Shown one piece after another: positions 1-7,791 of a DNA stretch of 64,000 bases. Position 1 is the stretch's first letter, and every line of letters starts with the position of its first letter. A model generated the notes under the pieces. It saw nothing but the letters and a program-made list of their open reading frames with translations. It searched no databases and was not told where the DNA came from. The stretch comes from Oscillospiraceae bacterium (lineage in GTDB: Bacteria > Bacillota > Clostridia > Oscillospirales > Oscillospiraceae), in NCBI GenBank assembly GCA_029257695.1, contig JARIAU010000059.1, positions 152-64,151 on the forward strand. Direction: 5' to 3'. The position numbers were made by a program, and so were the translations under genes.

Positions 1-290
1 TGCCCAATCTGCTGACCTTTACCAACGGAAACACCCATTTGGGCAGCTTTTTGGGGCTGCGCTATCGGATTCAGCCCACAAAGAAGGAAACAGAGATGGG
101 AACAGAGGAGATCTTTGCCTGTCTGGACTGGTACGGGGAATACTGCCTGGAGGAGAGCGAAGTGGTGCATGAGGCGGAGTTTCCTCTGAGCGCCGAGGGC
201 CGGGAGCAGGTCATCGACTGGCTGGAGCAGGAGTATTTTGCCATGAAGGCACTGGAGCCCAAGGAAGAGGAAGAGGACTGCGTGTTCTGA
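1..290 (+). CDS. hypothetical protein, 3' end only (gene starts upstream of window)
   Basis: Frame 3 is open from the window edge to TGA 288-290. Acidic C-terminus (KEEEEDCVF). No domain recognised. Confidence 0.4.
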   Translation, partial: PNLLTFTNGNTHLGSFLGLRYRIQPTKKETEMGTEEIFACLDWYGEYCLEESEVVHEAEFPLSAEGREQVIDWLEQEYFAMKALEPKEEEEDCVF

Positions 291-296
291 GTGGAA

Positions 297-324
297 TTGA
301 CAAATTTCGGGAAAATGATATAAT
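297..324 (+). promoter_or_regulatory. sigma-A type promoter of the thiT leader
   Basis: TTGACA (297-302), 16-nt spacer, TGaTATAAT (316-324). Confidence 0.6.
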
Positions 325-344
325 AGCAAAGGACCGTAAGTCGT

Positions 345-455
345 CAACTTGATAGACAGGGGCGCTGGGGGGCAACTCCGGCTGAGATCAGGATCTGTTG
401 TGCGATCCTGTGCACCTTGAACCTGATCCGGGTAATGCCGGCGTAGGAAGTCGAA
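345..455 (+). promoter_or_regulatory. TPP (THI-box) riboswitch aptamer
   Basis: Core GGGGCGCTGGGG..GGCTGAGA..CACCTTGAACCTGATCCGGGTAATGCCGGCGTAGGAAG matches the THI-box consensus. It sits between a promoter and a thiamine transporter gene. Confidence 0.85.
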
Positions 456-475
456 CAGGAAATGTTACTGCTCTT

Positions 476-511
476 GTACCGCATACGCCAGCTGGCGATG
501 CGGTACTTTTT
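476..511 (+). terminator. intrinsic terminator (riboswitch expression platform)
   Basis: GTACCGCATACGCCAGCTGGCGATGCGGTAC hairpin followed by TTTTT. Confidence 0.7.
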
Positions 512-529
512 GTTAGAGGAGAGATTCCT

Positions 530-1084
530 GTGAAGAAAAACAATGTTCGTGCCCTGACTGAGGGTGCCATCATGGTGGCCGCCGCTCAAATCCTGGGCTA
601 TCTGGTGCTGTATCGCCTGCCTTGGGGCGGCTCCATCTGCATTGCCATGCTGCCCCTCATGATCTATTCCCACCGCTGGGGTGTGAAGAACGGCCTGTTG
701 GCCGGTCTGGTCTTTGGTCTGCTGCAGTATATTGGCGATAACGGCATTGCCATCAGCTGGGTGTCCATGCTGGGCGACTATTTGGTGGCCTTTGGTGTGC
801 TGGGCCTGTCCGGCGTATGCCACGGCAAGAAAAATGGCCTGTTCGTCGGCTCTCTGGTGGGCGGTTTGGCCCGCTATGCCGTCCATTATGTGGTGGGCGC
901 TACCGTGTGGGGCGCCTATATGCCCGATACCTTCTTCGGCATGACCATGACCACGCCTTGGTTCTACTCTCTGCTGTACAATGGGAGCTACATGCTGCCC
1001 AGCATCGCCCTGTGCCTGCTGGTGGAGGCCCTGCTCTGGAAGCCCATGAACCGCTATCTGACCGGTGCCGATCTGGCCGCTTAA
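530..1084 (+). CDS. thiT: ECF-transporter S component for thiamine (ThiT-like)
   Basis: GTG 530 lies 7 nt after the AGAGGAG RBS. 184 aa polytopic membrane protein with ThiT-like sequence (HRWGVKNGLLAGLVFGLLQY...). TPP riboswitch upstream. The tracked ORF start at 398 lies inside the riboswitch. Confidence 0.8.
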   Translation: MKKNNVRALTEGAIMVAAAQILGYLVLYRLPWGGSICIAMLPLMIYSHRWGVKNGLLAGLVFGLLQYIGDNGIAISWVSMLGDYLVAFGVLGLSGVCHGKKNGLFVGSLVGGLARYAVHYVVGATVWGAYMPDTFFGMTMTTPWFYSLLYNGSYMLPSIALCLLVEALLWKPMNRYLTGADLAA

Positions 1085-1113
1085 TTGAAATCAGAGCACA
1101 AATTTGCTATAAT
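1085..1113 (+). promoter_or_regulatory. candidate sigma-A promoter for the HAD gene
   Basis: TTGAAA (1085-1090), 17 nt, TATAAT (1108-1113). Overlaps the thiT terminator region. Confidence 0.45.
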
Positions 1114-1115
1114 CG

Positions 1116-1155
1116 GGGGACAAAGGGAACTTTGTCCCCTGATTTTTTGCTTTTT
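1116..1155 (+). terminator. intrinsic terminator after thiT
   Basis: GGGGACAAAG-ggaa-CTTTGTCCCC followed by TGATTTTTTGCTTTTT. Confidence 0.65.
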
Positions 1156-1174
1156 ATACGGAGGAGTGAGTAAA

Positions 1175-1996
1175 ATGGGACGATTTGACGGCGTGATGCT
1201 GGTGAGTGATTACGACGGCACCCTGCGGGGAAGCGCCCGGGTGGTATTGCAGCGGGATATCGATGCAATCCGCTTTTTTCAGCAGGAGGGCGGCACCTTT
1301 TTGATGTGTACCGGCCGGTGCTATTCCACCTTCTATCAGCAGGCACGGGACCTGCCCCTCCATGCCCCCACCCTGTTGTCCAATGGAGCCACCTTCTGCG
1401 ACATGGAAACGGGAGCGGAGTGGTTCCACTATGATCTGCCCCTCCGTGCGCCGGAGGATATTCGGGTGTTGGGCCATCGGTTCCCCGGGGTGGCCTTTGA
1501 GGCCTACCATGGGGAAGATATTTACTGCTGGCGTCCAAATGCCTACACCCAGTGGCACATGGACTTAGTCAAGTCCGCCTATACCGAGTGCGAGCCGGAG
1601 GAGATGCCGCTCCCTTGGCTCAAGGTGCTGTTGGAAGGGGAGAAGGACGAGTTGACGCAGGTGCAGGAGTGGGTTTTGAGCCATTGGGCGGCCGATTACG
1701 AGTGCATTTTCTCCAATGAAACCTTGATGGAACTGACGGCAAAGGGCGTTCACAAGGGGAGCGGTGTGCTGCGAGCGGCCGAAACCTTGGGGATTGCTCC
1801 GGAGCATATCTACTGCGCCGGAGATAATGACAACGATGTGCCCATGCTGACCACGGCGGCGGTGGGGTTTGCACCGGAGGGAAGTGCCGTGGCCGCCAAA
1901 GGCCTGCCCGGAGTCCAGATCGTCCGGGATGCCGACCACGGCTGCATTGAAAGCGTCATTGAACGGCTGGGTGAGTGGTATCCCTGCAAGGAATAA
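1175..1996 (+). CDS. Cof-type HAD-IIB family phosphatase
   Basis: ATG after GGAGGAG RBS. N-terminal DYDGTL motif and C-terminal GDNDNDVPML motif typical of Cof/HAD-IIB hydrolases. Confidence 0.8.
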   Translation: MGRFDGVMLVSDYDGTLRGSARVVLQRDIDAIRFFQQEGGTFLMCTGRCYSTFYQQARDLPLHAPTLLSNGATFCDMETGAEWFHYDLPLRAPEDIRVLGHRFPGVAFEAYHGEDIYCWRPNAYTQWHMDLVKSAYTECEPEEMPLPWLKVLLEGEKDELTQVQEWVLSHWAADYECIFSNETLMELTAKGVHKGSGVLRAAETLGIAPEHIYCAGDNDNDVPMLTTAAVGFAPEGSAVAAKGLPGVQIVRDADHGCIESVIERLGEWYPCKE

Positions 1997-2023
1997 GACG
2001 GAGCAAAGAAAGGAGAGGAGCCT

Positions 2024-2611
2024 ATGCAGCAGAAAGGGACCGCAGCATTGGACACATGCCGGCTGCGGCTGCGGCGGTTCACGCCGGAGGATGCCGAGGC
2101 CATGTATCGGAATTGGGCCAGTGATCCGGAAGTGACCCGTTTTTTGACTTGGCCCACCCATCCATCTGTGGATGTGACCAAAGCCGTGGTGCAGAGTTGG
2201 GTGGAGCAGTATGCAGACCCCGGTGTGTATCAGTGGGCCATCGTACCCCACACCGTGGGAGAACCCATTGGGAGCATTTCGGTGGTGGCCATGGAGGAAA
2301 CCGCACAAGAGGCAGAGATTGGGTATTGCATTGGCCGTCCCTGGTGGCATCAGGGGTATGCCCGTGAAGCGCTGCACACGGTATTGGAGTTTCTCTTTCA
2401 GGAGGTGCAGGTGCAGCAGATCACGGCACGGCATGACATCCAAAATCCTCGCTCCGGCACCGTGATGCGACATTGCGGGATGCAGGCGGCGGGGATTCTG
2501 CCCCATGGCGGCCGAAACAATCGGGGGATTGTGGATGTGGCCGTTTATCGTTTGCAGGTGCAGGACTGGCGGGCCCAACGGGAGCGCCAAAGCCACGGGA
2601 AACCCGAATGA
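2024..2611 (+). CDS. GNAT family N-acetyltransferase (RimJ/RimL-like)
   Basis: RBS AGGAGAGGAG. LRLRRFTPEDAEAMYRNWASDPEVTRFLTW.. N-terminus and YCIGRPWWHQGYAREAL acetyl-CoA region. Confidence 0.8.
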   Translation: MQQKGTAALDTCRLRLRRFTPEDAEAMYRNWASDPEVTRFLTWPTHPSVDVTKAVVQSWVEQYADPGVYQWAIVPHTVGEPIGSISVVAMEETAQEAEIGYCIGRPWWHQGYAREALHTVLEFLFQEVQVQQITARHDIQNPRSGTVMRHCGMQAAGILPHGGRNNRGIVDVAVYRLQVQDWRAQRERQSHGKPE

Positions 2612-2648
2612 AAACCGGCGTGTATCGCATCTGATACACGCCGGTTTT
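2611..2648. terminator. bidirectional-looking intrinsic terminator
   Basis: AAAACCGGCGTGTATC-gcatct-GATACACGCCGGTTTT, A/T runs on both sides. Confidence 0.7.
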
Positions 2649-2740
2649 GCGAAGGTGCGGTTGTGGCAGGGGGCGGAGATTGGCACGAAACAGAAGGAAG
2701 ATCCGTTTCGGCTGCGTCAGGAGCAGACGGTGGAGAGATG

Positions 2741-2771
2741 AAAAAACGCCGAGCATCGTCGGATGCTCGGC
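2741..2771 (-). terminator. intrinsic terminator after niaR
   Basis: GCCGAGCATC-N4-GATGCTCGGC followed by TTTTTT on the minus strand. Confidence 0.65.
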
Positions 2772-2809
2772 AATTCGCTTGCATATTACCGGGTATTTTG
2801 CCGGTGGAA

Positions 2810-3322
2810 TCAGTCCTTTAGCAGAAATCCTTCCTGATCCAGCTGGGCGCACACCCGCTGATAGGCCTCCTCACTGGGGCAGCGCAGGGTATGCAGATGA
2901 ATGCCGTCGGTGAGGTCGGAGAGGGGATGGGCACTGCCGGAATGGGAACGCCGCAAAAACTGCTCCACATCATAGCGGTTGGAAAGCTGCAGCTGTCCCA
3001 CCAGCTGGCCGTAAACCGGATGCTCCACCAGCACATCCACCACGGTGCAGCCGTTGTCCACGCAGATCTGCAATTCCCGTTCCATTTGGTCGTTGGTATG
3101 GCGGACCGCCACGGTGTGCAGAATACCGATGGCAGGAATGTCCAGAAGATAGCCCCGAGGGGTTGCGGCGATGGGTGCGCCTGCAGCTCGAAGCAGGGCG
3201 ATGTCACCCACCACGACCTGCCGGCTGACGCCAAAGGTTTGGGCCAGTGTGGTGGCGCTGATGGGTGTTTGTTCCTTGTTCAGACAGGACAGAATTTCCT
3301 GTCGGCGCTGGCTTGCGGTCAT
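2810..3322 (-). CDS. niaR: NAD-biosynthesis transcriptional repressor NiaR (HTH + 3H domain)
   Basis: N-terminal HTH (RRQEILSCL...ISATTLAQTFGVSRQVVVGDIALLR) and a C-terminal 3H-type His-containing domain. Confidence 0.85.
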   Translation of the reverse strand: MTASQRRQEILSCLNKEQTPISATTLAQTFGVSRQVVVGDIALLRAAGAPIAATPRGYLLDIPAIGILHTVAVRHTNDQMERELQICVDNGCTVVDVLVEHPVYGQLVGQLQLSNRYDVEQFLRRSHSGSAHPLSDLTDGIHLHTLRCPSEEAYQRVCAQLDQEGFLLKD

Positions 3323-3349
3323 AGGACAGCCCTCCTTACAGAATAATTC

Positions 3350-3378
3350 AGTATATCATATGTCTTGACAGATGGCAA
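3350..3378 (-). promoter_or_regulatory. niaR promoter with palindrome in the spacer
   Basis: Minus strand TTGCCA (3378-3373), 17 nt, TATACT (3355-3350). The spacer holds the TGTCAAGACA palindrome (3361-3370). Confidence 0.5.
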
Positions 3379-3475
3379 GCCGGATTCAAGAATACGGGTA
3401 ATGCTTGACATTCTGTTGCGGTGTGGTAAGATTTCCGTAGATAGAAGAAATCGAAACGAAAGGAGCAATGACACC

Positions 3476-4117
3476 ATGACACGGGAGGAAGCGTTTGAAT
3501 TTTTGGATCGAACGGCCCAGGGCATTGCGGAAACCTTTGGCGCATCCTGCGAAACACTGGTACACGACATGAGTTTGCCGTCCCATCCCATCCTGTCCAT
3601 TTACAACGGGCAGGTGTCCGGACGGGAGGTCGGCTCCACACTGGATGTGATGGGCGAGCCCCGGGAACTGGACGAAGTGGGACGGCGGACGGATTTTGTC
3701 AACCTGCTGGCCACGACCCCCAGCGGAAAGCAGATCAAGTCCTCCACCTTCCATCTGATCGGGGATGACTTCAATCTGGCCCTTGGAATCAACTATGATT
3801 TCACTTCTTTGGCCTATGCCAACCGCATTCTGGTGGAAATGATGAATGCCAAGGCGGATCTGCAATCCGCCATGTCCCGGGGAGGAGAAGATCGGCTTTC
3901 GGAACTGTTTGACGAGTGTATGTCCGTGGTGGGCAAGCCGGTGGAGGCGATGTCCAAGGCGGACCGCCTGAAGGTGATCGCTCTGCTGGACCAAAAGTCC
4001 GCTTTTTCCTTCCGGAAGAGTGTCCCCTTTGTCTCTCAGCGGCTGGGGGTTTCCCGTTATACGGTTTACAAATATCTCAATGAAAATGCAGAAAGCAGAA
4101 AGGATGTTACCTTATGA
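3476..4117 (+). CDS. YheO-like PAS-domain / HTH transcriptional regulator
   Basis: ATG 3476 after AAAGGAG. CETLVHDMS...ILSIYNGQVSGREVGS (YheO-like PAS) and C-terminal VSQRLGVSRYTVYKYL HTH. Confidence 0.7.
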   Translation: MTREEAFEFLDRTAQGIAETFGASCETLVHDMSLPSHPILSIYNGQVSGREVGSTLDVMGEPRELDEVGRRTDFVNLLATTPSGKQIKSSTFHLIGDDFNLALGINYDFTSLAYANRILVEMMNAKADLQSAMSRGGEDRLSELFDECMSVVGKPVEAMSKADRLKVIALLDQKSAFSFRKSVPFVSQRLGVSRYTVYKYLNENAESRKDVTL

Positions 4118-5508
4118 ATGAACGGATTCAGAAGTGGTTTGAAGGAAAAGAAGATGAATTTGTGGCGGCACTGGCACCGCTGATTGCGATTGATTCCACC
4201 ACCGGCGCCCCCGCTCCCGGCGCACCCTTCGGGCCCGGCCCGGCCAAGGCACTGAAGGCTGCCCTGGAGCTGGCAGAGTCCTGGGGCCTCAAGACCTCCG
4301 AGGATGAGGGTTATGTGGGTCTGGTGGATCTGAACGAGCAGGAAGATCAGCTGCATGTGCTGGCCCATCTGGATGTGGTGGGCATCGGCGACGGCTGGGA
4401 CACCGATCCCTTCACGCTGGTGCGGGACGGCGACATGATCTATGGCCGTGGTACGGATGACGACAAGGGTCCTGCCGTGGCGGCCATGATGGCCATGCGC
4501 TGCGTCAAGGAGCTGGGTCTGCCCCTGCGCAAGAATGTCAAGCTGGTGCTGGGCACCGATGAGGAGACCGGTTCCCGTGACATTGAGCATTATTATTCTC
4601 ATGCCCCCTATGCCCCCAACTCCGTCACGCCGGATGCTGAATTCCCGGTCATCAATGTGGAGAAGGCCCACTATGCCCCCAAATTCTCCGCCGCTTGGGA
4701 AGCGGTGGAGGTGCTGCCCCGTCTGGTGAGCGTCAAGGGCGGTATCCGTGCCAATGTAGCCCCCGGCCACTGTGCGGCCGAGGTGCTGGGTCTGGAGCCG
4801 GAGGCCGTGGAGGCTGTTTGCCAGAGCGTGGCGCAGCGCACCGGTGTAGAAGTTACCGTGAGCGGCGATGCACAGGGGCTGACCATTCAGGCCAATGGTG
4901 CGGAAGCCCATGCCTCCACTCCGGAGGAGGGCAAGAATGCCATCACCGCCCTGTTGGAGGTGCTGTGCCAGCTGCCTCTGGGGGATACCCCGGCGTTTGA
5001 TGCGGTGAAAAAGCTGCATCAGGTGTTCCCCTTTGGCGATCACGATGCCAAGGCATTGGGTGTGGCCCAGGAAGATGAGGTGTCCGGCAAGCTGACCCTG
5101 ACCTTCTCCGTGCTGGATCTGAACGAAACCGGCTTTGGCGGTCAGTTCGATGTCCGTGCCCCTGCCTGTGCCACGGAGGAGAATTTGGTGCAGGTCACCG
5201 AGCGTGTCTTTGGCGGCTTTGGCTGGGCCTGCGAGGGCGAGATGAGCCAGGTGCATCTGGTGGACCCCGATTCCGAGTTCATCCACACCCTGTTGGACTG
5301 CTACACCGAGTTCAGCGGCGAAAAGGGTTACTGCGTTGCCATCGGCGGCGGTACCTATGTCCATGAGATTCCCGGCGGCGTGGCCTTTGGTGCCGGTGAG
5401 TTTGGCTTTGACTCCCATCTGCACGGCGCCAACGAGCGTGCCCGCATCAGCCGCCTGCTGATGACGGCCCAGATCTATGCTGCTGTAATTGCCCGCCTGT
5501 GTGCTTGA
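4114..5508 (+). CDS. pepV: M20-family dipeptidase (PepV/Sapep-like)
   Basis: HLDVV, GRGTDDDKGP and TDEETGS metal-site motifs. The start overlaps the upstream stop (ATGA). Confidence 0.85.
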   Translation: MNERIQKWFEGKEDEFVAALAPLIAIDSTTGAPAPGAPFGPGPAKALKAALELAESWGLKTSEDEGYVGLVDLNEQEDQLHVLAHLDVVGIGDGWDTDPFTLVRDGDMIYGRGTDDDKGPAVAAMMAMRCVKELGLPLRKNVKLVLGTDEETGSRDIEHYYSHAPYAPNSVTPDAEFPVINVEKAHYAPKFSAAWEAVEVLPRLVSVKGGIRANVAPGHCAAEVLGLEPEAVEAVCQSVAQRTGVEVTVSGDAQGLTIQANGAEAHASTPEEGKNAITALLEVLCQLPLGDTPAFDAVKKLHQVFPFGDHDAKALGVAQEDEVSGKLTLTFSVLDLNETGFGGQFDVRAPACATEENLVQVTERVFGGFGWACEGEMSQVHLVDPDSEFIHTLLDCYTEFSGEKGYCVAIGGGTYVHEIPGGVAFGAGEFGFDSHLHGANERARISRLLMTAQIYAAVIARLCA

Positions 5509-5544
5509 TGCACACGGCGGAACGAATCGGAAGGAGGGGGAGCC

Positions 5545-6795
5545 GTGGCACATCAGGCGGAATTGATTGCCGTCGGAACGGAACTGCTGTTGGGCAGCAT
5601 CGCCAACACCGATGCACAAATGCTTTCTCAAGCGCTGGCCGGACTGGGCATCAATGTCTATTACCACACCGTGGTGGGAGACAATCCCCAGCGGCTGGCA
5701 CAGGTGATGGAGCAGGCCAAGCAGCGTGCGGACCTCATCATCACCACCGGCGGATTGGGACCTACCTGTGATGACCTGACCAAGCAGGTGGTGGCCGGGG
5801 CCTTTGGCCGGAAGCTGGTGTTTCACGAGGAGAGTGCCCAACGCATCCGAAACTACTTTGCCCATAAAAACCGTCCGATGTCGGACAACAATTTGCAGCA
5901 GGCCATGCTGCCGGAGGGCTGTACGGTGCTGGACAACGACTGGGGCACGGCTCCGGGCTGTGCCTGGGAGCAGGACGGCATCACCGTGGTGATGCTGCCC
6001 GGACCGCCCCGGGAGTGCCGGGCCATGCTGGAGCATCGGGTGCTGCCCTACCTTCGGGACAAGGGGGAGGGAGAGATCCTTTCCCGCACCCTGTGCCTGT
6101 TCGGAATTGGGGAGTCGGCCATTGAAGCACAGCTCCGCACGGAAATGGAGTCCATGACCAACCCCACGCTGGCCCCCTATGCCAAGGAAGGCTCCGCAGA
6201 GCTGCGGATCACCGCCAAGGGCGGCAGCCGGGCGGAGTGTGAGGCGTTGATCGCTCCGGTGGAGCAGGCCCTGCGGCAGCGCTTTGGAGCCCTCATTTAC
6301 GGAGCGGATGTGAAAGACCTGACCGAGGTGGCCTGTAAGCTGCTGTTGGAGCAAGGGGTCACTCTTGCCACGGCGGAGAGCTGCACCGGTGGGATGATTG
6401 CGCAGCGAATCACGGATCTTGCCGGAGTTTCTGCGGTGTTCAAGGGTGGTGTGGTCTGTTATACCAATGAGGTCAAACGGGACCTGGTGGGCGTTTCAGA
6501 GACGCTGCTGACGGAATACGGAGCGGTATCCGAGCCGGTGTGCCGTGGGTTGGCGGAGGGCATTCGCCGGAAATTGGGGGCCGACCTTGGCCTTGGAGTC
6601 ACCGGTGTGGCCGGGCCCGGCAGTGACGACCGGGGCAATCCGGTGGGGCTCATCTATGTGGGACTCAGTGACCGAGCACACACATGGGTGCGGGAGCTGC
6701 GGCTGGGACCGGATCGGGCCCAAAATCGCAATTTTGCCACGCTGAACGGTTTGGATATGGTGCGGAGATACCTTTCCGGCCTTCCTGTGGAATAA
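5545..6795 (+). CDS. cinA: competence/damage-inducible protein CinA (MoCF + NMN deamidase domains)
   Basis: AELIAVGTELLLGSIANTDAQ N-terminus. C-terminal TLATAESCTGG PncC motif. Confidence 0.85.
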   Translation: MAHQAELIAVGTELLLGSIANTDAQMLSQALAGLGINVYYHTVVGDNPQRLAQVMEQAKQRADLIITTGGLGPTCDDLTKQVVAGAFGRKLVFHEESAQRIRNYFAHKNRPMSDNNLQQAMLPEGCTVLDNDWGTAPGCAWEQDGITVVMLPGPPRECRAMLEHRVLPYLRDKGEGEILSRTLCLFGIGESAIEAQLRTEMESMTNPTLAPYAKEGSAELRITAKGGSRAECEALIAPVEQALRQRFGALIYGADVKDLTEVACKLLLEQGVTLATAESCTGGMIAQRITDLAGVSAVFKGGVVCYTNEVKRDLVGVSETLLTEYGAVSEPVCRGLAEGIRRKLGADLGLGVTGVAGPGSDDRGNPVGLIYVGLSDRAHTWVRELRLGPDRAQNRNFATLNGLDMVRRYLSGLPVE

Positions 6796-6960
6796 AACAA
6801 AACAACCCTCGCTCAAATCCGCTGTTTTGCGGAGATGAGCGGGGGTTTTGTGCGTTATGCAAGCAAGCTTGTGGAAAAACAGAGGATTGCACCGTAGAAA
6901 AAGTAAATTTGGCCCCAAATCCACAGACATCGGATTTAGATGGGGAACGCTGGGTAAAAT

Positions 6961-6992
6961 AAGAGCAGAGCGGACACATCCGCTCTGCTCTT
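6961..6992 (-). terminator. intrinsic terminator after the ferredoxin gene
   Basis: AAGAGCAGAGCGGA-N4-TCCGCTCTGCTCTT, T-rich tail on the minus strand. Confidence 0.65.
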
Positions 6993-7007
6993 ATTCATTG
7001 GTTTGAA

Positions 7008-7178
7008 TTACTCCTGCTCGGGAGCACCCACGGGGCAGGTGCCGGCGCAAGCGCCGCACTCGACGCAGACATCAGCGTCGATCACATACTGGGTGTCGCC
7101 GGCGGTGATAGCGCCAACGGGGCAGACGCTCTCGCAAGCGCCGCACATGATGCAGGAATCAGAAATCTTGTAAGCCAT
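7008..7178 (-). CDS. clostridial-type 2x[4Fe-4S] ferredoxin (56 aa; below the ORF-track cutoff)
   Basis: My translation: MAYKISDSCIMCGACESVCPVGAITAGDTQYVIDADVCVECGACAGTCPVGAPEQE. Two CxxCxxCxxxCP motifs. GGAGGT RBS. Confidence 0.85.
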   Translation of the reverse strand: MAYKISDSCIMCGACESVCPVGAITAGDTQYVIDADVCVECGACAGTCPVGAPEQE

Positions 7179-7231
7179 ATTCGTACCTCCATAAATCTCC
7201 CCGGTTTCCCGGGGGCTATTTCCTCGCAGAT

Positions 7232-7259
7232 ATTATATCATGGAATTGCAGGATTGCAA
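7232..7259 (-). promoter_or_regulatory. ferredoxin promoter
   Basis: Minus strand TTGCAA (7259-7254), 16 nt, TGaTATAAT (7240-7232). Confidence 0.55.
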
Positions 7260-7316
7260 GGGTTGGGTGTGTAAAATCAGGCAAAAGGGGCAGACTAAGA
7301 TTGGGAAGGTGATGGC

Positions 7317-7511
7317 ATGAAACGCAAAAAACAGGACACGACCCCCAGATTTCCCGCCCGGCGGGAGGAGTTTGCCGGAGAATTGACCCCGGATTGTTTT
7401 CATGGCCCAATCTCGGCCAAGCATACGGAGCGGTTCCGAAGCGGCAGGGCCGATGCTCCGCAGAACCAGAGAAAGGGAACGGCATCGGATGCGGCGGAGA
7501 ACCAAGAGTGA
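7317..7511 (+). CDS. possible small basic hydrophilic protein (64 aa), unknown function
   Basis: Only ORF in a 455-bp gap that has an RBS-like GGAAGGTGA 7 nt upstream of its ATG. K/R/E/Q-rich. No family recognised. Confidence 0.3.
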   Translation: MKRKKQDTTPRFPARREEFAGELTPDCFHGPISAKHTERFRSGRADAPQNQRKGTASDAAENQE

Positions 7512-7703
7512 GCAGGAACCGGTGCGGACGACGAGTGATGCGGCCTGGAAGGGAGATGTGTCACTTGGCGCCGGCGACAAGAAAGCGTTTGCGCAGAAGT
7601 GGTCCAACGAAGCGGCAGATGCCTGTGCAGAAGCGGCAGGCCCCTGATTTGCTGCCTGTGACGGCACCGATGGAGAAACAAGCGGAAGCAGCGAACCGCA
7701 CCG

Positions 7704-7748
7704 GACAAAAACACCCCGCCAAACCACCGGAAGGGTGGTTCGGCGGGG
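7704..7748 (-). terminator. intrinsic terminator after the M14 peptidase gene
   Basis: CCCCGCCgAACCACC-N5-GGTGGTTtGGCGGGG on the minus strand, followed by TGTTTTTGT. Confidence 0.65.
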
Positions 7749-7791
7749 TGCCGGTTTGTTGCGTCAGCCCCAAGGGGCGAAGCGGGTCAAG

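Noticed and set aside
4066-6354. 762-aa ORF on the minus strand
   Set aside because: It is antisense to pepV and cinA, which have clear family motifs and RBSs. The translation is low-complexity (G/L/H/Q/A).
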